A stretch of DNA of 64,000 nucleotides from NCBI GenBank assembly GCA_000004985.1, contig GG738886.1, one strand, 5' to 3'. This DNA is from Naegleria gruberi. Its lineage: Eukaryota. The position numbers and the translations under genes are program-made. Position 1 is the first letter of the stretch. Each line of letters opens with the position of its first letter. Below the pieces are notes generated by a model that did not search any database, was not told the origin of the DNA, and was given only the letters and a program-made list of their open reading frames with translations. This document shows positions 56,377 through 64,000 of this stretch, piece after piece.

Positions 56377-58071
56377 ATGATTACTGACGGCAGTGATGAA
56401 GTAGTCGATCAATTTTGGTTCGGTATTGATTTTGGAAATTCCTTCATCAAAGTTTCAGCCAATGCTCCCGAATGTCCATTCGATTCCATTTCCGAAGAGA
56501 AAATTATTAAATTGTCAAATCATTTCAATTCCAGTATCGTTTGTATGATGGAATCGAACCTGACACGATTTGAATTAATTGGCTATGATGATAAAGCAGA
56601 TAATGAATTTATTGATTTTACAATTATTAATATTAAAAGATTAATTGATAATCTATCGGATGAAAATCAAATGAATGAAATTGAGATATTGGGAGTGGTA
56701 CAGACTGATAATGATGATGATAAGAGGTTTATTACTCAAATAGTAATGGAGAATGTGAAATTGAGATCGAGGGATGATTTGGAGAACTTGAACAAATTAG
56801 CTCTGATTAGGATTATGGATAGAAAAACAAATTCCTCAATTGAAATTCCACTTTTTACTGTTTTGTTAAAATTGTTTGAAAAATTGAGAAGGAAAATAGT
56901 TCAAAACAATGATTCAAAACTACTTTTATGTAATATTGCTACAATTCCAGTATTTTACAATGATTTACAAAATAATTTTGTTAAGGTTGCATTTGAAATG
57001 GCTGGATTTAAGGTGGAAAGAACCATTCGTGAAACGGTTGCTGCAGCAAGAGCATACGATTTTGAAAGCAAAACAGAAAGAGACATGTTGGTTCTCGATT
57101 GTGGAGCTACCAAGACTATGCTCTCACTATATCATGTAGATGAAGGAGTTTATGAACTATTGGAATTTATTTCAGATAGCAGTGTTTCAGGAAATTCGAT
57201 AGATGAAGCACTGGTTGACTATTGTGAATTGGAGTTTAAAAAGAAAACAAAAAAGATACTTGACAATCAGAACGCACGAAAAAGACTTCGTGAGGCATGT
57301 AAGATGGCTAAAGAGAAATTAAATAGTGATAGCACACCTCTCAATGTTTCAATACATGTTGATTCATTGATGGATGGAGTTGATTTCTCTATAATACTAA
57401 GCAAACCAAAGTTTGAGCAAATCATTACACCAACATTGTCAAAGATAGCATCCTTATTGAATTCCTTTTTAGAATCTAGAACCATCCATTCTATTAATGA
57501 TTTGATATTATGTGGGGCAAGCAGCCAAATCTCAAAATTTACATCAGTAATTAGAGAATTTTTCAAATCCAATCAGCAGTTCGTGGTTCACGATAGCATT
57601 CCTCCAAAAACTATCAATGCAAGAGGTGCTGCTTCATTCTGTGAACTATTCAGAGTTGAACAAAGTTATTGGGTTAATGCAGTATTATCACTTAGTATTG
57701 GGATTGAACATGAGAGGAAAATGTTTATTTTAGCAGATAGAAATACCTATCTCCCATTCCAAAAATCATTCATTATCGAAAAGAAGGTCAACCCTGCCAC
57801 CAATCAATACCACTTTAAACTTTATATGGGTGAAAGAGCTATACCGAGTAATAATTTATTTATGGGAGAGGTTTGCATTCCTAATAGTCAATGTGATAAT
57901 ACCAATATCAAACAATTCAAATTAGATGTAATCATATCAGAAAATGAAATTCTCTTCCTCTCCATTCATGATAACTTACAAGAGTATCATTTCCAAGCAG
58001 ATTGGACCCATCTCACTCGAGAATTAGTTGAGCAGAGTATTCAATTAGGTCACCTGGATAAATCATCATAA
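56377..58071 (+). CDS. Divergent Hsp70-like (actin-fold ATPase superfamily) protein with degenerate nucleotide-binding motifs
   Basis: Colinear with the Hsp70 nucleotide-binding domain. FGIDFGNSFIKVSA corresponds to IGIDLGTTYSCV. IPVFYNDLQNNFVKVAFEMAGFKVERTIRETVAAARAYDF corresponds to VPAYFND.QRQATKDAG.IAGL.V.RIINEPTAAA. LDCGATKT corresponds to DLGGGTFD. LCGASSQISKFTSVIREFF corresponds to GGSTRIP.VQ..L..FF. Confidence 0.7.
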   Translation: MITDGSDEVVDQFWFGIDFGNSFIKVSANAPECPFDSISEEKIIKLSNHFNSSIVCMMESNLTRFELIGYDDKADNEFIDFTIINIKRLIDNLSDENQMNEIEILGVVQTDNDDDKRFITQIVMENVKLRSRDDLENLNKLALIRIMDRKTNSSIEIPLFTVLLKLFEKLRRKIVQNNDSKLLLCNIATIPVFYNDLQNNFVKVAFEMAGFKVERTIRETVAAARAYDFESKTERDMLVLDCGATKTMLSLYHVDEGVYELLEFISDSSVSGNSIDEALVDYCELEFKKKTKKILDNQNARKRLREACKMAKEKLNSDSTPLNVSIHVDSLMDGVDFSIILSKPKFEQIITPTLSKIASLLNSFLESRTIHSINDLILCGASSQISKFTSVIREFFKSNQQFVVHDSIPPKTINARGAASFCELFRVEQSYWVNAVLSLSIGIEHERKMFILADRNTYLPFQKSFIIEKKVNPATNQYHFKLYMGERAIPSNNLFMGEVCIPNSQCDNTNIKQFKLDVIISENEILFLSIHDNLQEYHFQADWTHLTRELVEQSIQLGHLDKSS

Positions 58072-58329
58072 TGATGAGATTTAGTCTAATCAATTTTGTT
58101 ATTGTTTTTGGTTTGGATTAATAAATTCCTGATTTGGAAGTGAGGAATTCCTAATCAGTTCCACAATAATCAGATTCTGGCCTGTCTTTCAGGTAAATCC
58201 CATATATTCTCAATTATTTAATCAAAGAGTTTAATCAGAGAAATCAAATATCATATTTATTGGTCCACAATTCTTCAAATGCATATGATGAACTTGGATT
58301 GTAAAGTTATATTAAAAAATTAAAAAAAA

Positions 58330-59582
58330 ATGTCCCTCTTACCCTTTTCCCTCTTTCACGATCACACGGAAAGCATTGATTATTTTCACCAGCCATTCTT
58401 TACAGATGTTCCAAAACACTTGGTCCATAAATTTGGAAAAATCAAATTTATTCTCTGTAGAGAATCGAGCTGCTATGTAGTATCGGAACATGATGAATTA
58501 TTTGTTCGTTCATCAGCTCATCATCTTTGGGAGAGACATGTGTTGGATTTTAAATGGCCTAACGAAAGAATTGTTAAAATCAGTGCAAGTTATCATGCCT
58601 GTGTATTATTGTTACAATCTGGAAATAGAAATGTGAGAGTATTTGCATGTCAAACAAATGATTATGGAAGTGATTATGTATTTGGAGAACAGAGAGGAAA
58701 TGTTACTGTAAATGTAGAGCTAGTAAATGATGAATCTAGTTGGAATACTAAAGTTTGGTATAGAGTTGAAGATTTCGATTCATTATTGAAGGATGGAGAA
58801 TATATTACCAATATATCATGTGCTGCTTTCACATGTTGTTTCATAACTTCTCATGGAAGATTATTGGCGTGTGGATGTAATCAATTTGCTGAAATAGCTC
58901 AACCAAAACAAAATACTTCTAATTATAATATTGCTAAAATTCAAGAATGTTGCTTTGATCCTAATAATGAGTGCAAAAAACCATTCTTTGTTAAAACAGT
59001 GAACGGAGATCACAATATCATTGCCCTGACAAAGGATCACGATATATTCTATTGTGGATATACTATGGATTACAATGGTCAAGATTTACCAGTTATGAGA
59101 CAATTGGGTAGAATTCCTCAAATGGAAGATAATGAACACTTTATTGATATATCTGCAACATATTATGAAAAGTTATATTTAACAAGTAGGTTTTTATTGA
59201 TCTATTTCAATCTAATGTATTGCAATAATTGTAATTGAAATAACAAGACAAATTCAATTTATATAAGGACAATGCATTCTATTGCCACCTTCCAGAAGTG
59301 ATTGGTGAGAATGTTTTTTCATGCCAAATGAGCGCTTCAAGTTCAGGATATATCTTGGTGATTAACAATTCCATGGTTTATTCTTTGGACAGTAGTGCAT
59401 TAAATCTCATACATACAGTTGAAAAACCAAGACCATTTCAAACTCTTTGCTCAACCACATCCCAATGTTCGATTATTTATTGGGAATATTCTACAGAGTC
59501 CAAGAATTTAAAGGAGCTACGAGAAAATTTCAAACATAGGGCAAGGGATGGTTTACTTTCAGATCTTTTAATTACCATTTAA
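58330..59582 (+). CDS. RCC1-like repeat protein, 2 exons (approx 58330..59185 and 59296..59582)
   Basis: RCC1-type repeats (ITNISCAAFTCCFITSHGRLLACGCNQFAEIAQP; DHNIIALTKDHDIFYCGYTMDYNGQ). An intron of about 110 nt is inferred and the acceptor is ambiguous. Confidence 0.4.
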
Positions 59583-59766
59583 TGTTGCAAATAAACATAT
59601 TTATCATACAAAGGCAAAAGGAAGTTAAACATATTTCTCTTTTGATATTTGGTAAAGCAAGAAAGTTGGCTGCAAAACAAAAAAGCTTGACCTGAAAAAT
59701 AAAAACCTAAAAATACTATAAAAACAGAAACACAATTCCCAACCAACAATAAAAAAACACAACAAC

Positions 59767-60639
59767 ATGATCTCACAGGAAGACTACAGCAGGGAAATGA
59801 ACAGAAGAACTGCAATGGCAGAGTTTTCAAGACGTGTGAACGGTTTGTCATCGACAGCAACTCAATGTACCATACAAACATCAACTAAAACATCAGAGGT
59901 TAGTGGTTCCTCCATAGGACCATCTCCTGACCATGGTCTTTCAAACATTAGAGCTCCACGTATCAACAAATCACCCACTAGAATTGTTAAACAAGCAAGA
60001 AAGTCAAAAATTGCTGAACAAGCTCTGAGGAAGATTGTTCTTGCTTACTTGGAGAGCAATTTCATGACCAAATCAAAAACAGAATTCCAGAAGGAAACAA
60101 GATCCAATTTCCAAAAACACATTCTCATTGGGTTCATTCTCCAAGGAAAGAATTATTTGGGTGCCTATGAATATTTTAGATCGTTCTTTACAGTCGATCA
60201 ACGATCTATCTTTACAAGGGAGGACATTCATGATATTAGAACTGTCTCTACTTTCTTGTTGGGAGCTCATTTCTGTTCATGTGTTGCCAAGTAAGTATAA
60301 TTGAATTTTAGAAAGATTACAAAGATGCTGACTAGTAAAAACAAAGGAGAATTGAAAACGTGTAATGAACTGATATCCGAATTATTAAACGAATTTTCCA
60401 ATGGAAAAGGAGATATATTCAAGTGGAGACAGAAATTAAACGCTATTGAAGAACGAGGGGATTACCAGCCAGATGTTGGAGAACTCATATTAGTCCTTAC
60501 TGTACCTATTGGTAGATTGGAGGAACGAATTCCACATTTCAATGTTATGGAACCTCTTTCTGATGAGGAAAAGCAAGCATTGGATGCTGTACTTGTGAGC
60601 AATGCAGAAGATTCTGAAGATTCTCAATCCTCTGAATAG
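59767..60639 (+). CDS. LisH/CTLH-like protein; possibly join(59767..60290,60312..60639)
   Basis: LisH-like KIVLAYLESNFMTKSKTEFQKE followed by CTLH-like ILIGFILQGKNYLGAYEYFRSFF. The two ORFs could be joined by a 21-nt GTAAGT..TTTTAG element (60291..60311), or the gene may simply end at the TAA at 60292. Confidence 0.35.
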
Positions 60640-60667
60640 TTTTTGTAGGAACACTGAAATATAAAAA

Positions 60668-62425
60668 TTAATTTGAATTTCCTTTTAGAACTTGAGAGAG
60701 TTCAATAATTTCTGGTGATACTTGTAGCCGATGGGAAACATACTCCAAGGCATTATAATCCCTCTTCATTGCTTCAATGACAATTTCAGCACAATCCCTC
60801 ATTTCATTGGAGGCATACTTTAGGGCTAGACCATCATTTTGCACTGCCTTCATGACAACCTCGAATGTATTTCTCCACTCAAAGCTTGCAAATCTGAGAG
60901 CATATCCTTCAGAATTAACGGCTTCCATGATAATGTCTCTATTAGAAATTGTCTCTTCTGTGTCGTGTGTTGTTGGCTTACTTCTGTACTCTGTATTCAC
61001 ATATTCCAACATGGAGCCTTGTCGTTTCACTAATGCCAAAACAACCTCTCTGTCTTTCATCAATTCGGGGGATATATAATTGAACGAATTAGGATTAATT
61101 TCAATAAATCTCAATACAAAGGATTTGCAAGATCTTAGTCTTTCAGAGGCAAAAGTAATATTTTGGGACAGTAATACAAGTTCTTCATCTTCTCCCCAAT
61201 GTATGATAATGTCTGGATCTCTTGCTTTGTATAGGCATCCAAATGCAGTTGGATCTTGGCTAACAGCCGTCATAACAATTTCTCTATCTCGTTTGAGGTC
61301 ATCACTCGCTAAAATAAGATTATGCCCATAATTTCTAACAGCTTGCAATACAATCTCTCTATCATCCCAAAAATCTGGGGCATAGTTGAGTGATTCTCCA
61401 CGATTGGAAACAGCTTACAGTACCAAATCTCTGTTTTGCTTCAAGTCATCATGCAAGTATTGTAGTGACGAGCCAAATGACGAAACTGCTAATAATCCAA
61501 ATTCTAAAGTACCTCTAATTCTCTCTGAAAATTCCTTAATGCACATTCCATCTAATGGAAGAACTATCCTTGCCAGAGAATCATTATCTCGTAATTTTTC
61601 AGAGACCACCTTTATCACTGCAGGATGTTTCTGGGCAACTATCTGTACAATTTCTAAATCATTATTATACATATCCACAAGATATTTGAAAATAGCTGGA
61701 TTTCTTCTAACACATTTCAAAATGAAACCCCTATTCGATTTAATTTCCTTTGAAATAAAAGCAAACGGCTCTGAATCTTTCTTTATCACAAATGTAATAC
61801 TCTTATAGAGCGAACTTTTCAAGCTCATTAAATTCAAAAAATCCAAATTATTTACAGCACTATCCTTAAACATATCCTTCCTAAATCTCAAAATCCAATA
61901 CTTGAAATGTTCAAATTGCTTTCTCCAAGAAACCATTGAATCACACATTGCTATTCCATCTCCAATCGTCCACACCAACTTTCCTTCCGAATTGACTTGA
62001 CTCGTCCACTCTTCAACTGGCCATAAACTTTTACTGGGATGAAACTCTTTAATTGCCTCTTGTTTCCTCTCATGCTTTGATGGCACAATAAACAATTTGA
62101 AAAACTCTTGAGCATATAATGAATCAATTCCCATCACCTCCATTGTTTCGTTCAATTTTTCATCCTCATCTTCCAAAGTCAAATTATTGTATTTCCTTCT
62201 CTCCATTCGTTGTATGAGGAATGAATTAATAATCAGGAGCCAATTCCTAAATTCTCTCTTCTCCACCTGAATGGCCAAGTATTGAAAAAGCCTACAAGAA
62301 AGTGCAAAGCTTCTCCTCGACCTATCATCTAGAAATTCAATTATACTCTGAATCAATTCGGAAGGTAAATTGTTTACCATCTCAATCATCATTGTATTAT
62401 TATTAGCACTAACGAGTAGAGACAT
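60668..62425 (-). CDS. F-box + DUF4116-like repeat protein interrupted by a single in-frame TAA (61415..61417); possible pseudogene or readthrough
   Basis: N-terminal F-box LPSELIQSIIEFLDDRSRRSFALSCRLFQYLA. Downstream repeats continue in the same frame across the stop: ...LKQNRDLVL*AVSNRGESLNYAPDFWDDREIVLQAVRNYGHNLILASDDLKRDREIVMTAV... The candidate 49-nt intron there would break the repeat frame. Confidence 0.5.
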
Positions 62426-62582
62426 TTTTTCTTGATGGTTTTATATATGGTTGTTGTATATATTAATTCCTCATTATGTCTATCATTTGGAACCTATTGA
62501 TAACATATCAATTGATAAAATGTAATAATATTAAATAGTCGCAGTTACAAAACTATTAAATAATAATATTTAAAAAAAAAAT

Positions 62583-64000
62583 ATGCAAAAGGATGATGAA
62601 CAGAAGATATTAATTTCCGAAGAGGATTTATTTGATAAAGCCTTTGGTCTGTACGAGGAACGATCATTCGATGAAGCCATCAAAATATTGGAAAAATTGG
62701 TCAAGTCGTTTGATGAAGGAGGATTGTTGGATCGACCATTGGAAAATAACGATTCATTCGATAAAGCAACAGTTTATTATTATTTGGCCAATTGTTATAG
62801 AGAAATTAGTAGATTTAAATTAGCAAGGGAATATTATGAAAAGGCTAGAACTTGCTTGGCAGAACAAAAGGAATCGGATTTTATTGATATTCAGGATGTG
62901 TTGAATGATTATGCCCTAGGTTTGGTTAGAGATGGAAATACAGAAGAATCTAAAAAGTTATATGAAAGGTTTGTTTACTATAGTAGTATTAGTAGTATAA
63001 TTAAGTGTAATTACATTTAATAATATAATTTATAATTTAGTGTTTTGGAATTGAATTCAAAGAACGTATCTGCTTTGAGTGGATTGGCAGCTTGTTATTT
63101 ATTGCTTGGAGATATACCGGCATCGAAAAGATTAATTGAAAAAGCTTTAAAGGTCAATTCTGAATATTATCATGTTTATCATGTTCGAGGAATGATTTAT
63201 GATGAAGAAGGAGATTACGAAAATGCAATCAAAATGTATAATCAATCTTCATTTTTAAATCCAATGTATGCAAGGAGTCATTATAATAAGGCATTATCCT
63301 ATGAGAAATTATTTTTGATTGAACAAGCCATTGATGAATATAGAGAATGCATTCGTCTTGATTCAACTCATATTTCATCTCATCAAAATTTAAGTTATTG
63401 TTATTTGCAAATGGGTGAAAAAGATAGAGCTATCAAGATATTACATGAAATTTTATCAAAAAATATTGATGCAAATTCAATGGCTGATATTTCGGATAGC
63501 TTTAGAGAAATTGGAGATGATGAAAAAGCTTGTCAAGTGTTAACTTCAGCAATTTCTTTAGATCCAACAAATGCTGAAATATATATTAGGAGAGCAGATC
63601 TTTATAAACATATGGAGAAGAAAAGTTTAGCATTGATGGATTATTTAAAGGCATGTGAATTGGATCCGCTCAATGATGAATACAAGCTACTGTATAGAAA
63701 TACGAAATTAGGGCCTGACAGACATACAGTAGCATTGTTTGGTAACGATTCATTTTGTCAATTAGGAAATACATCTACGAATGAGAGAAATATTGTTTGG
63801 AAACCTGTTTTTGTCTCTGCTTGTAATGATAGAGTGAAAAATATTTATTTTGGAACTGTATTTTCTTTATTTTGGGCTGAAGATGTAGCAGGTGAATCCA
63901 ATGTTTTTGAATGTGGATTTTTGAATGGTGTGGAGTATTTGCTATTTGAAAAGTTAGTCTTTCCACCAAAAACAGGTCGTGTGAAACAAATTTCTCCAGG
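62583..64000 (+). CDS. TPR-repeat + RCC1-like protein, 5' part (runs off the window end); join(62583..62968,63041..>64000)
   Basis: Exon 1 is TPR-like (YYYLANCYREISRFKLAREYYEKA). A 72-nt GTTTGT..TTTAG intron follows. Exon 2 has further TPRs (VSALSGLAACYLLLGDIPASKRLIEKALKVNSEYYHVYHVRGMIYDEEGDYENAIKMY...) and then RCC1-like VALFGNDSFCQLGNT. The reading frame is open to position 64000. Confidence 0.5.

Noticed and set aside
1-64000. CRISPR arrays, rRNA genes, prokaryotic operons or defence islands
   Set aside because: No short regularly spaced direct repeats, no rRNA-like conserved stretches, and genes are interrupted by spliceosomal GT-AG introns. The window is eukaryotic nuclear DNA.
1-64000. 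Non-standard genetic code (ciliate-type stop reassignment), suggested by 21-25-nt introns
   Set aside because: Very long ORFs read through in the standard code, and TAA, TAG and TGA all occur as terminators at domain-complete C-termini. The standard code is retained.

Overview
This is a gene-dense, AT-rich (roughly one-third GC) nuclear region of a eukaryote, most likely an intron-poor protist. The genetic code is standard: ORFs of 953 and 2099 aa read uninterrupted, and TAA, TAG and TGA all terminate genes. About 40 protein-coding genes sit on both strands with 100-900 bp intergenic spacers. Most are single-exon; the rest carry one to three very short GT-AG introns (about 21-110 nt, one of about 310 nt). 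The ORF-track 'M' starts include GTG/TTG alternative starts, so true N-termini were re-derived where possible. Recognisable products include a kinesin motor, a Sec1/Munc18 protein, a PWP2-like WD40 protein, UBL5/Hub1, two J-domain proteins, a hemerythrin, a HemK/PrmC methyltransferase, an OTU1/YOD1 deubiquitinase, two VPS9-domain GEFs, a SET+MYND (SMYD-like) protein, an ADP-ribosylglycohydrolase, a histone H4-fold protein, a 2085-aa alpha-2-macroglobulin/thioester-family protein, a fibrinogen-related-domain protein, a divergent Hsp70-like protein and an SGNH hydrolase. Lineage-expanded families are also present: at least five F-box proteins, three DUF4116-like repeat proteins and three RCC1-like proteins. 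There are two tRNA genes, tRNA-Gln(UUG) and tRNA-Gly(GCC); the tRNA-Gly gene is split in its T-loop by a 461-bp insertion flanked by an 8-9 bp direct repeat. The main hunt observations are: that disrupted tRNA; a ~160-bp direct repeat duplicating the convergent 3' ends of two genes around an intervening gene; two F-box + small-GTPase fusion genes with degenerate switch II motifs; an apparently signal-peptide-less A2M-family giant with a Cys/Asp/Glu-rich insert; an in-frame TAA inside an F-box/DUF4116 gene; and N-myristoylation motifs on a hemerythrin and an ADP-ribosylhydrolase. The F-box/DUF4116 expansion, the hemerythrin, the intron-poor structure and the GC content would all fit a Naegleria-like heterolobosean, but that cannot be verified here. 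No rRNA, CRISPR array or prokaryotic-type operon structure was seen.
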